In this document: in pieces, positions 8,562-17,035 of the stretch | How positions within the stretch are numbered: position 1 is the first letter of the stretch | Layout: each line of letters opens with the position of its first letter | DNA from: Candidatus Saccharimonadota bacterium | GTDB lineage: Bacteria; Patescibacteriota; Saccharimonadia; Saccharimonadales; Saccharimonadaceae | Reading direction: 5' to 3' | Assembly (NCBI GenBank): GCA_002421785.1 | Contig: DIRZ01000003.1 | Span: 340,700 to 372,699 of the forward strand | DNA: 32,000 bases | Program-made: the position numbers and the translations under genes | The notes under the pieces: model-generated | Database searches by the model: none | The model's input: the letters and a program-made list of their open reading frames with translations, nothing else | Told to the model about the DNA's origin: nothing

Positions 8562-11500
8562 CCGCGACGGGCACGGCGATATACCAAACCAGTAGCCATA
8601 AGTGTTACTACTACTAGAACACACAGGGTAAGCGCCAGCCAGTTAAGCGGCGAGGCGTTCGCACCAACATGCTGCGCATCTTCAGCCGATAGATTGAGTT
8701 TCTTTGGCTGTAACCCTGCCGCCCCTGCCTGCTGGCCACTTACAAATTGAACTTTGCTTTCGCCCTCTCCACCTTCACCGCCGATAATGCTCTTTGTGTT
8801 TATAGCTGTGTCCACCGTAGAATTTGCCGGCTGCGCACTCGGAGTCTCTTTGTCATCGATATTCAAATCGCAATTATCTGAAATCCCGTCTGTATCTATA
8901 TCAGCACCGCTTGGCTCGCCGAATGCACATGAGTCTTTTTCATCGGCGACGCCATCACCGTCTATATCGCCATCCGGCCCCATGACATACGTATGGCTAA
9001 TGATCTCGACATCGCGGCCAGCAGATGTTTTTCCTACAATATGTAGCGTATGCGCCCCAACGCCTACGCTTGATGGTGTTTTTACTTCAATGCTATAAGA
9101 GTTATCTGATGCATCGTACGCCATCTTACCCAAGTTAATCGGCGTGGAATATATATACAACGTAGGAGGTGATTGCAACTGAATCTGCTGAAGGTCGAGC
9201 CACTCTTTACCTATGCGCACAATGAACTTTTTAGATTCACGTATAACCAATCCTCTGCCTTCAATGATTGCATCATCAATAACATACCCTATCGAAACCT
9301 CGCCATCACCATTGAGGTAAATTGTACCTGCAGTAGTCGTTACTGTACCGGGAATATAAGCGTCTGAGTTTGGGGCGCCCCTTTGTTCGCTTGGCTTTCC
9401 GTCGTTACCAAGCTGCGGACAATAGACAATCTGATTACAGCTGGCACTGGCTAGTAGCTCATCACCTAATCCCTCATGAATGCGATTGTATATCAATGCA
9501 TGACCGTAACTATTTGGATGAACCAACTGTTGAACTGTTGCCATAAGCGCACCATACGGATTCGACCCAATGTCGTACTGAGTCACCGCACCGCTTACAC
9601 CAAAGTACGCCCCTATAAATATGGGGTTGCTATTCACAAGGGAGCCCCGCACGCTTCCGTACCTTCGAATATTGTCGTCGGTGAGCTGCTTCCACTTGGC
9701 GTATTCCGTCATGATACCCTGCGCTACGAGACCATTGATACTCGTCATCGAAGTCGGCTTGCCACACAGCTCACTTCCATCAAACACATCTGCAATATCA
9801 ATATACTTCACACCTGCATCAAGTGCGGCATTTTTTATCGTCGCATTCGCATAATCAACCAGTTGGTTCAATGACACTTGCTCGGTACGCGTAATAACAT
9901 TACCCATGTCGGCGCATATGTAGTTTTCGTCGAAGAACCTTGGGTAGCCGATCACAAAAACATTGCCACTTTCAGTACTCGACCTTAGATTCTCATAAAG
10001 ATGTTTTAAGCGGGGATAAAAATCGTGGATCTGCTGTGCCCGCGCCTGCCTTCCCTCTGGTTGCGCATCCCAGCAAGTCGTATCGGCCTTTAGGGGGCTA
10101 TTCAGTATGTTTATACAACTAGCGATTATGTTGCCAAACCCAAGATCATTTCCGCCCATTGTGATAGTAATCGCCTCTGGCTGCGTCTTTTCAACGTGAT
10201 TTATCTGCTGTATGCGCCCAGGTAACGTTTGCGTAAGCGCCTCGGACTGGAGCTGTTCGTAACCAGCAATACCGGTTAGCCGTGGTCCGTCCCCACCCAG
10301 CTTGCCGAGCTGCGTTCCTTGCCCTAAGTAGGTATCGGCATGGATTCTTTGGGGATTGTTCAGATCATAGGTCAAAGCATCCTCAGCAACAGCGCCAGAG
10401 CAAGCAACTGATTTCATTGCGCCATCGCCTAGGTTCATTTGCCTTGCGATCAGAAAGGGATATGAACGGTCGCTTATATGGCACATCTCGCGTGGAATAT
10501 TACGATTATAGTCGCCGGCAACATCTGTTCCAGGAATATAATGGCTAATTCCGTCAGACGTCACATCACCTTCGCCACTCGAATATGAGTCACCGAGAGC
10601 AAGGTAGCTCACTCCTTCCGGTGGAACAACATTATATGCACGGATACTGATGCGTTTATACGAATAGGTTGTGTCGTTCACTCCTCGTCTTTGAATAAAA
10701 CTCACTTTATCGATATCGTGAGAAATTTTTATATTATACGTTACCGTATCATCATACGCCGGTCCATACTCCTCGCCGTATGAAAGAGGAGATACTAGCG
10801 CATTCTTACAGTAATCCTTCACTACACCATCCCACAGACCCGGCTCTCCCAGGCTGGCTCCGCAATTCTCGACACTGTCCCACATCTTCATCAGTTTCGG
10901 CCCACCTGCAACCACTAGGGATCCATTGTCAGAAACAGCCAAACGAGCAAGTGGCGCAGGACTAGCGTAAACCGTACCATAGTTAAGCGATCCAACTACT
11001 TTAGCATTATCTGTATCCAAGTCGACAACCACAACTCGATCATGCAAACCATAAGTTATACCGTAGCTATAAACGAGATACCTACCGTTATTAGAAAGCG
11101 CCCATGCAGAAGGGACGATATCATCGCCAGAAGATGGAAATTCTCCCTCTGCATAATCATAAGCCATCTCACCATTCTCAAGCTGGCTAAGGTGCGTGGT
11201 AAAGTTATCTTGTATCATCATCTTTAGCCTATACACATTAGGTAGCTTACGGAATACCACCACAGAGTCCGTGTTGGGTACGATATAGAATTTCGACCAG
11301 CTATCTTTTTGAATTAAACTAAAATGGTCGGAGGTACCGAATGCTACAAACATATGAAAGCCGTTTTGGTCAACAGCCATCCGAAAACTATTGGCCTTCA
11401 TTACACACAGCTCTCTGTCTATATGCCCGCCAAAAAACGTAGGAATCTGAAACGTACGCATTTCTACGCAAGGCACCTGTTGCTCAAGAGCCCTAGGTGA

Positions 11501-11653
11501 ATACGCAATATTCCTAGATAACAATACAGGCGCTGAAGTTATCCAATCAGGGCGGCTAGTAGCGCCATCTAGTGCATAGACAGAATCACCCAACGTAAAA
11601 ATAAGTATCACACTAATGACAAATTTAAGACATGCAGTACCGAGAGGCTTCAT
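8558..11653 (-). CDS. Large secreted, C-terminally membrane-anchored SGNH/GDSL-family hydrolase (esterase/lipase-like) with extra N- and C-terminal domains
   Basis: Signal peptide ending VYA|LD. SGNH blocks are GDSYSSGEG (block I), GGNDLG (block III) and HPNSYGH (block V). Thrombospondin-type-3-like Ca-binding Asp repeats (DGDIDGDGVADEKD, DIDTDGISDNCD). Terminal TM helix plus RRARRG tail. Good Shine-Dalgarno AAGGAG upstream. Confidence 0.85.
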   Translation of the reverse strand: MKPLGTACLKFVISVILIFTLGDSVYALDGATSRPDWITSAPVLLSRNIAYSPRALEQQVPCVEMRTFQIPTFFGGHIDRELCVMKANSFRMAVDQNGFHMFVAFGTSDHFSLIQKDSWSKFYIVPNTDSVVVFRKLPNVYRLKMMIQDNFTTHLSQLENGEMAYDYAEGEFPSSGDDIVPSAWALSNNGRYLVYSYGITYGLHDRVVVVDLDTDNAKVVGSLNYGTVYASPAPLARLAVSDNGSLVVAGGPKLMKMWDSVENCGASLGEPGLWDGVVKDYCKNALVSPLSYGEEYGPAYDDTVTYNIKISHDIDKVSFIQRRGVNDTTYSYKRISIRAYNVVPPEGVSYLALGDSYSSGEGDVTSDGISHYIPGTDVAGDYNRNIPREMCHISDRSYPFLIARQMNLGDGAMKSVACSGAVAEDALTYDLNNPQRIHADTYLGQGTQLGKLGGDGPRLTGIAGYEQLQSEALTQTLPGRIQQINHVEKTQPEAITITMGGNDLGFGNIIASCINILNSPLKADTTCWDAQPEGRQARAQQIHDFYPRLKHLYENLRSSTESGNVFVIGYPRFFDENYICADMGNVITRTEQVSLNQLVDYANATIKNAALDAGVKYIDIADVFDGSELCGKPTSMTSINGLVAQGIMTEYAKWKQLTDDNIRRYGSVRGSLVNSNPIFIGAYFGVSGAVTQYDIGSNPYGALMATVQQLVHPNSYGHALIYNRIHEGLGDELLASASCNQIVYCPQLGNDGKPSEQRGAPNSDAYIPGTVTTTAGTIYLNGDGEVSIGYVIDDAIIEGRGLVIRESKKFIVRIGKEWLDLQQIQLQSPPTLYIYSTPINLGKMAYDASDNSYSIEVKTPSSVGVGAHTLHIVGKTSAGRDVEIISHTYVMGPDGDIDGDGVADEKDSCAFGEPSGADIDTDGISDNCDLNIDDKETPSAQPANSTVDTAINTKSIIGGEGGEGESKVQFVSGQQAGAAGLQPKKLNLSAEDAQHVGANASPLNWLALTLCVLVVVTLMATGLVYRRARRG

Positions 11654-11722
11654 TCAAACTCCTTATAACTCAATGGTTACTTGCAGTTTAACCCTAGTCC
11701 CTGCGAATCCAAAGCAGCAGCG

Positions 11723-12982
11723 TTAAAAATCGCGCAGAAATGTACTGACTTCGTTTTTTAAGGTGGCAAGCCCTGCCTCGTCGTCCCGGCTATCGATTGC
11801 CCGCTTCATCCACTCAGCAATTTGCGCCATGTGCTCCTGGCGCAACCCACGTGTCGTTAGGGCTGGCGTACCCAGCCGTATGCCGCTCGGGCGAAACATC
11901 GGCAGCGTGTCGTCTGGCACTGCATTCGCGTTCAACGTTAATCCAATTTTATCCATTGCTTCTTCGGCGGTCTTACCATCAATACCAAAGCTCTTGTATA
12001 CATCGGCAAGTATCAGGTGGTTGCTGGTTCCGCCTGTTATCAGGTGGAATCCACGCGCCATCAGCTCATCTGCGAGCACTTTTGCATTCGCGACCACAGC
12101 AGCAGCATAGTCGGCGAACTCTGGTTTTAATGCCTCGCCAAATGCAACCGCTTTCGCTGCAATTGTATTCATATGCGGACCGCCCTGCATACCAGGGAAT
12201 ACCGCCCTATCTATGAGTGTTGGGACATTCGCAAGCGTCTTCTCGGGTGCTTTGAGCGGATTTCCAACTGTTCCCATGCTCAGAATTAGCCCGCCCCGCG
12301 GGCCACGTAGGGTTTTATGAGTGGTAGTCGTCATAACATGAAAGCCATGCCGTAGTGGGTTCTCGGCTACCCCACCCGCGATCAGCCCGGCAACATGTGC
12401 CATATCCGCCATAAGCAGCGCGCCTACTTCGTTACCAATCGCAGCGAACTTTGCAAAATCGAGCTCACGCGGGTAGGCACTGTACCCGGCAAGGATAATT
12501 TTTGGTTTATGCTCAAGCGCCAATCGACGTAACTCGTCGTAATCAATTTCGCCAGTGCTGATATCTTTCATCTTGTAACGAATAAAGTTATACAGGTTTG
12601 CGCTTCGCGTAACTGGCGAACCGTGCGTTAAATGCCCACCATGCGTTAAATCCATCGCCAAAATAGTATCACCTGGCTCACACCACGCGCTATATACCGC
12701 CTCATTGGCGGGCGCGCCGCTGTGAGGCTGCACGTTTGCATGATCAGCGCCAAATAGTTGCTTTGCGCGGTCGATCGCCAATTGCTCTACCTGGTCGGTG
12801 TATTGTTGGCCACCGTAGTACCTGCGCCCAGGGTAACCCTCGGAATATTTGTTCGTAAATACGCTGCCGAGCGCCATAAGTACATCATTACTGACGTAAT
12901 TCTCGCTTGGTATCAGTTCAAGTCCTTCATGTTGGCGTGCTTCTTCGCCAGCAATAAGTTGTGCAACAATCGTATCATTCAT
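11723..12982 (-). CDS. glyA: Serine hydroxymethyltransferase GlyA
   Basis: Full-length SHMT-like sequence including the PLP region TTTTHKTLRGPRGG. ATG 12982 (MNDTIVAQ) is preferred because GAGGA lies 8 nt upstream; the track start at 12997 is less likely. Confidence 0.95.
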   Translation of the reverse strand: MNDTIVAQLIAGEEARQHEGLELIPSENYVSNDVLMALGSVFTNKYSEGYPGRRYYGGQQYTDQVEQLAIDRAKQLFGADHANVQPHSGAPANEAVYSAWCEPGDTILAMDLTHGGHLTHGSPVTRSANLYNFIRYKMKDISTGEIDYDELRRLALEHKPKIILAGYSAYPRELDFAKFAAIGNEVGALLMADMAHVAGLIAGGVAENPLRHGFHVMTTTTHKTLRGPRGGLILSMGTVGNPLKAPEKTLANVPTLIDRAVFPGMQGGPHMNTIAAKAVAFGEALKPEFADYAAAVVANAKVLADELMARGFHLITGGTSNHLILADVYKSFGIDGKTAEEAMDKIGLTLNANAVPDDTLPMFRPSGIRLGTPALTTRGLRQEHMAQIAEWMKRAIDSRDDEAGLATLKNEVSTFLRDF

Positions 12983-13045
12983 AATATAAATCCTCATTAA
13001 TTTGGTTGATAGTGACTGTTGCTCGGTGTTAAATCATACTCTATA

Positions 13046-13090
13046 GTATATCACACACAGACTATTGACAATATATCATAAGTGATATAC
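13046..13090. promoter_or_regulatory. Operator-like repeats in the glyA / HTH-murA divergent promoter region
   Basis: GTATATCAC (13046-13054) and its exact reverse complement GTGATATAC (13082-13090), plus a third near-copy TATATCATA (13072-13080). The last two form an imperfect palindrome overlapping the spacer and -10 box of the murA promoter. Confidence 0.45.
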
Positions 13091-13093
13091 ACT
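13065..13093 (+). promoter_or_regulatory. Sigma-70-type promoter of HTH-murA
   Basis: TTGACA (13065-13070), 17-nt spacer, TACACT (13088-13093), then 6 nt to ATG 13100. This is leaderless geometry. Confidence 0.6.
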
Positions 13094-13099
13094 AGTGTT

Positions 13100-14623
13100 A
13101 TGGGTACTGCAAAATATTTACACAATATAGGTACATTGATACAAGAAACACGCCAAGCGCGTGGTATGACACAGGTAGAGTTAGCGACAGCACTCGGTAC
13201 AAGCCAAAGCGCAGTTAACCGCATCGAAAAGGGTGGACAAAATATCAGTCTTGAGATGATAGCGAGGATTGGCGAGGTGCTTAGCAGCGAAATCGTTCGA
13301 ATCAATAAATCGGGCAAAACCAACTTCCTGATCAACGGCGGTCACAAGCTTTCCGGTGAAATAGAGGTGAAGACTAGCAAAAACGCAGCCGTAGGCTTGC
13401 TTTGTGCTGCATTGTTAAATCAGGGCAAAACGACCCTCCGTCGCGTTGCCCGCATCGAAGAAGTAAACCGTATTATCGAGGTGTTAGAAAGCATTGGCGT
13501 AAAGTGCCGCTGGCTCGAGGATAATGACTTAGAGATTACGCCTCCAAAGCGCCTACGACTCGAAGAAATGGATATCGAAGCAGCCAAAAAAACACGAACG
13601 GTCATCATGTTCCTTGGCCCGCTGCTTCACCAGTACAACAAATTTGCGCTGCCATTTGCTGGTGGGTGTAGCCTGGGCAGCCGCACGGTTGAACCCCATA
13701 TGAATGGCCTGTCGGCATTTGGCCTTCATGTCGTAGCAACGACCAACGAATACCTTGCGACAAGCATCAAAAAAGATGTTGATAAAGCAATCGTGCTCAC
13801 AGAGCGTGGCGACACTGTCACCGAAAATATCGTCATGGCCGCTGCCTTGTACGATGGCGAGGTAACAATTCGCAATGCCAGCCCCAACTACATGGTGCAG
13901 GATGTTTGCTTCTTCCTACAAAAACTTGGTGTCAAAATTGAAGGCATCGGTACAACGACGCTGCGGATTCATGGTGTCAAATCTATTAACAAGAACGTCG
14001 AATACTACCCAAGCGAAGACCCCATCGAAGCAATGAGTCTTGTTGCTGCAGGCGTGGTAACAGGCAGTGAGATTACGGTTAAGCGCGTGCCAATAGAGTT
14101 CATGGAGCTGGAAATGGCAATCCTCAGCGGCATGGGCCTCGAATACGATATGACCGATGAATACCTGGCGCGAAATGGCAAAACACGGCTCGTGGACATT
14201 GCCCTCAAGAAGTCTACCCTAACCGCCCCTAAAGACAAACTTCACAGCATGCCGTTCCCTGGCGTCAACATGGATAACCTTCCATTCCTTGGGCTCATAG
14301 CTACTGTAGCCGAAGGGCGAACACTCGTGCACGACTGGAGCTACGAAAACCGCGCCATATACTTTACCGAGCTTTCCAAACTGAATGCCACTATTGAAAT
14401 GGTCGATCCACACCGTGTGTATATCACCGGCCCAACCAAGTGGAAACCAGCCGATGTCGTCGCCCCACCCGCGCTACGCCCTTCGGTCGTTATTCTGCTC
14501 GCTATGCTAGCGGCACCTGGAAAGTCCATCCTCCGCGATGTCTACAGTATTAATCGCGGCTATGAAGACTTTGCCAATCGCCTAAATTCATTGGGTGCAG
14601 AAATCGAAACAACCTGGGAATAA
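13100..14623 (+). CDS. murA: Fusion protein: N-terminal XRE-family helix-turn-helix domain plus full-length UDP-N-acetylglucosamine 1-carboxyvinyltransferase (MurA)
   Basis: The HTH_XRE signature (RGMTQVELATALGTSQSAVNRIEKGGQNISLEMIARI) is followed by a MurA/EPSP-synthase fold. That fold carries SKNAAVGLLCAALL and the catalytic loop GGCSLGSRTVEPH (Cys codon 13667-13669). The start is set at ATG 13100 by the promoter geometry; the track start is 13082. Confidence 0.9.
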   Translation: MGTAKYLHNIGTLIQETRQARGMTQVELATALGTSQSAVNRIEKGGQNISLEMIARIGEVLSSEIVRINKSGKTNFLINGGHKLSGEIEVKTSKNAAVGLLCAALLNQGKTTLRRVARIEEVNRIIEVLESIGVKCRWLEDNDLEITPPKRLRLEEMDIEAAKKTRTVIMFLGPLLHQYNKFALPFAGGCSLGSRTVEPHMNGLSAFGLHVVATTNEYLATSIKKDVDKAIVLTERGDTVTENIVMAAALYDGEVTIRNASPNYMVQDVCFFLQKLGVKIEGIGTTTLRIHGVKSINKNVEYYPSEDPIEAMSLVAAGVVTGSEITVKRVPIEFMELEMAILSGMGLEYDMTDEYLARNGKTRLVDIALKKSTLTAPKDKLHSMPFPGVNMDNLPFLGLIATVAEGRTLVHDWSYENRAIYFTELSKLNATIEMVDPHRVYITGPTKWKPADVVAPPALRPSVVILLAMLAAPGKSILRDVYSINRGYEDFANRLNSLGAEIETTWE

Positions 14624-14690
14624 TAACGCATAAAATTCACCACATTAGTGGACAATCTTCGAACTTTTCTGTAGTTTTCCTATTTTGAAT

Positions 14691-15437
14691 TCAGCCATTT
14701 CGAAGACCTTGTTCATCTAACCAGCCGCGAAAATGAAAACGATACATTATAGCTTCGGCTACATAATACGGTATATGAAGAGTCGCTTGAAGCATTTCCG
14801 TTGAAAGCTCGCCTTTTTTCTGTAAGATATCGTACGCCTTTTCGGATAGAATCAGAGATTCCTCCCAGGCATCTTCAGCATATTTGCACCCTATAGACTC
14901 TAAGGCGCTAACAACGGCTTTTCTATCCTTCTCTTTGCGCTCTTTTAGCATTTCGTTGAGATTTTCATTTCCATGGGCGAATGCAGCTGTTGCATCAAAG
15001 AAAAATATATATATTTCTTCCGTCGTCAAGTCTTTAACAGATAGCAAATCATACGTTCTTTTATCCACTTCTTCTGTCTCTACTCCAACAACTTTATAGC
15101 TATAGCCTTCCAATAAAGTACGAAGGTATTCGTACTCTTCTTTTACGCTCGAGACGGAGATAGCATTTTCAATCGAATCATGACCAAGAAACTGATTAGC
15201 ATCGGCATCACTGTTCGTGTTCTGCTCGTAGCGGTCTTTTATCATTTCTACAGTATTATCTTTAGCGCACAATACGGAAATGAAGCCATCTGAGCCGCTC
15301 ACTGGCATCTCAAGAATTCTTCCAAGATTATAGATTTGAAATAGGTAATCGCCCTGGTCTAAATCAACGCCTGCGACGCTCATCCAATAGTCCGTCGCTT
15401 GTTTCGCAATAACCAATGCTCTATCTGAAATATACAT
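14691..15437 (-). CDS. Acidic hypothetical protein (248 aa) with C-terminal winged-helix resembling an FtsK-gamma-type wHTH
   Basis: Long ORF in the AT-rich block. The C-terminus ELSTEMLQATLHIPYYVAEAIMYRFHFRGWL resembles the FtsK gamma pattern (S-x-LQR-x-L-x-IGY-x-RA-x-x-L-x-x-L-E-x-x-G). No other recognisable motif. Confidence 0.6.
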   Translation of the reverse strand: MYISDRALVIAKQATDYWMSVAGVDLDQGDYLFQIYNLGRILEMPVSGSDGFISVLCAKDNTVEMIKDRYEQNTNSDADANQFLGHDSIENAISVSSVKEEYEYLRTLLEGYSYKVVGVETEEVDKRTYDLLSVKDLTTEEIYIFFFDATAAFAHGNENLNEMLKERKEKDRKAVVSALESIGCKYAEDAWEESLILSEKAYDILQKKGELSTEMLQATLHIPYYVAEAIMYRFHFRGWLDEQGLRNG

Positions 15438-15493
15438 ACTTATTAAATTCTATTAAATTAATGGTATAGTTTTTGACACTCTTCGTTCATGCT

Positions 15494-15724
15494 CTATCTT
15501 CTTGCGTTTGCTAGCGTACCTGGCAATAAGAACACTGCTACAATAGCGCCTATTACACTTTCGATGACGCTTCTATCAATGAATAAGACTATCGCGCCAA
15601 TTGCAGTGATGATCAGTCCAATTATAAACATTTTTGGAGCTGCGGACCCTTTTCTTCCACTTCGACTCGGTAATCCAAGGGATGTGACGATACTCCCGAG
15701 AATCAGAAATATGTAACCTAGCAT
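15494..15724 (-). CDS. Small integral membrane protein (76 aa, three predicted TM helices)
   Basis: Strong Shine-Dalgarno AAGGAGAG 7 nt upstream of ATG 15724. Three hydrophobic segments separated by short basic loops. Confidence 0.55.
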   Translation of the reverse strand: MLGYIFLILGSIVTSLGLPSRSGRKGSAAPKMFIIGLIITAIGAIVLFIDRSVIESVIGAIVAVFLLPGTLANARR

Positions 15725-15787
15725 ACTATCTCTCCTTCATCATGATCTTTAGGCTATGCCTCTATTGTAGCAGCTGTGAATTTTCTT

Positions 15788-15802
15788 GCGATAATATATC
15801 GC
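15788..15802. repeat. Perfect 15-bp palindrome GCGATAATATATCGC just upstream of a TATAAT (15809-15814)
   Basis: Read directly from the sequence. It lies upstream of the truncated recombinase and may be a relic operator/promoter of the decayed element. Confidence 0.4.
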
Positions 15803-15872
15803 TTACGCTATAATTTCAATCAAGCCTTAATTAGTAAGATTAATTATTGTGGTGGATAATATTAACTAATAG

Positions 15873-16604
15873 TTTGATAAATTTAGGCATAAGAAAAAGA
15901 GTTGGGCTGGAATAGATTTTCAATATCGCGGCCTTATCTCCTGTGCCGAGTGTGGTAAACCAGTAACGTTCGAGTGTCACAAAGGTCGGTATGTTTACGC
16001 CAAGTGCGCAAGCGGTCGCCAAAATCACGATAAAGTCTACTTTGTACGCGAAGAAAAGCTCACAGAACGGTTTGTAGATATGCTCTCAGCCATTGCTATT
16101 CCTGATGATGTATATGAGAAAATAAGCAAGCAATTCGAAGACGAGTATAAAGACAAGAGGAAAACTATCGCCAGTCAAATTCAAGCAATAGACGGTGAAT
16201 TGGCTAAGTATAAAACACGCAAAGAAAAAATATATATCGACCATTTAGACGGAATCATCGACGATAATTTCTATAAAAAGAAATATGATGAATTTACGAA
16301 ATCCGAAATCATTTTGCGTGAGCGTAGAGAAAATATCGAACTCGTAACAGAAAACCGACTGAGTAACGTTCTTTATCTGTTAAAGCTTGCGAATAAAGCC
16401 CCTGAGCTGTTCAAAAGAGCGAATCAACTGCAAAAACGAAAAATGCTAAATTTAATATTATCGAACTTATTTTTAGACGGTAAAGAACTGGGGTGGAAAT
16501 ACAAAAAGCCATTCGATTTGATGGCTTCTTGCAACAACACTGCAATATGGTGCGGGTGGGGGGAATCGAACCCCCGTCCCAAGTTTGGAAAACTTGTATA
16601 CTAA
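15873..16604 (+). pseudogene. 5'-truncated large serine recombinase (zinc-ribbon and coiled-coil parts only; catalytic domain missing)
   Basis: The open frame from 15873 translates ...YRGLISCAECGKPVTFECHKGRYVYAKCASG... This aligns with the Zn-ribbon YRGLVKCGECGC of the intact recombinase at 1555-3237 and is followed by a similar coiled-coil tail. There is no resolvase domain upstream. The frame runs 57 nt into the antisense of tRNA-Gly. Confidence 0.8.
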
Positions 16605-16622
16605 CCGTTGTACTACACCCGC
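16548..16622 (-). tRNA. tRNA-Gly (anticodon TCC), CCA encoded
   Basis: The reverse complement gives a 75-nt cloverleaf. Acceptor GCGGGTG/CACCCGC; anticodon stem CAAGT/ACTTG with loop TTTCCAA; T-arm GGGGG-TTCGATT-CCCCC. Confidence 0.9.
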
Positions 16623-16654
16623 AGACTACGGGCTATTGTAGCATTTTTGTGCGG

Positions 16655-16660
16655 TATAAT
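16655..16660 (+). promoter_or_regulatory. TATAAT 6 nt upstream of ATG 16667
   Basis: Same -10-to-ATG geometry as several confident genes in this window. Confidence 0.4.
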
Positions 16661-16666
16661 AAAGCC

Positions 16667-17035
16667 ATGGGATTATTAAGTTCACGGTTTAACCGTCCGG
16701 AATCGGGCGCCATGCATAGTAACGCGATGGCCTCCGTCAGCCCCGGGTCTTTCGGCAACACAACTACCGAAACATTTGGCCAGCGAAAATCAATCGACTC
16801 AAGCCGCATGCACGTTAAGAATTTTCGACACGCAGGCGTCATTCACGCATACAGGCAACATGCCGCAATAGCACGAGCCACACCTGAAACCACCCCCCGT
16901 CATACAGACATCGTCTCGTCTGGCCGCCAAGCATTCAACTCGCACTCGTCCCCTGCCCTGGCCCCACGAACCACGCACTTACCTACGCCCATACGGCGCG
17001 AGCCACCATCACGCGGCTATAACCCATTTGCATAA
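16667..17035 (+). CDS. Possible 122-aa basic, low-complexity (Ser/Pro/Thr/His/Arg-rich) protein; coding status uncertain
   Basis: This is the in-frame part of track ORF 16493-17035 that lies beyond the tRNA-Gly overlap. It has a leaderless-type promoter, no recognisable domain, and a composition that looks disordered. Confidence 0.35.
   Translation: MGLLSSRFNRPESGAMHSNAMASVSPGSFGNTTTETFGQRKSIDSSRMHVKNFRHAGVIHAYRQHAAIARATPETTPRHTDIVSSGRQAFNSHSSPALAPRTTHLPTPIRREPPSRGYNPFA

Larger units (their letters stand above)
14640..16547. mobile_element. Decayed remnant of a second integrative element at the 3' end of tRNA-Gly(TCC)
   Basis: An AT-richer block between murA and tRNA-Gly contains two orphan genes and a 5'-truncated large serine recombinase that abuts the tRNA CCA end. 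The left boundary is only approximate. Confidence 0.5.

Noticed and set aside
8558-8680. Sortase (LPXTG) sorting signal at the C-terminus of the SGNH hydrolase
   Set aside because: A TM helix and a basic tail are present, but no LPXTG-like motif precedes them. It is called a simple C-terminal membrane anchor instead.
8754-11227. Several 60-130-aa plus-strand ORFs (8754-9098, 9173-9367, 9476-9874, 9621-9854, 9940-10122, 10282-10548, 10780-10965, 11042-11227)
   Set aside because: All lie antisense within the 1031-aa SGNH hydrolase gene, which has clear motifs across its whole length. They are shadow ORFs.
11763-12216. 115-aa and 139-aa plus-strand ORFs
   Set aside because: Both lie antisense within glyA and are shadow ORFs.
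14655-14675. Possible degenerate attL of the decayed island (GGACAATCTTCGAACTT, faintly resembling the antisense T-arm GGAATCGAACC of tRNA-Gly)
   Set aside because: The similarity is only a few scattered bases and cannot be distinguished from chance by eye. The left boundary of the remnant therefore remains approximate.
16493-16666. N-terminal part of the 180-aa track ORF 16493-17035
   Set aside because: This part overlaps the antisense of tRNA-Gly and the end of the recombinase pseudogene. Only the portion from ATG 16667 has a promoter-like context, and even that portion is low confidence.
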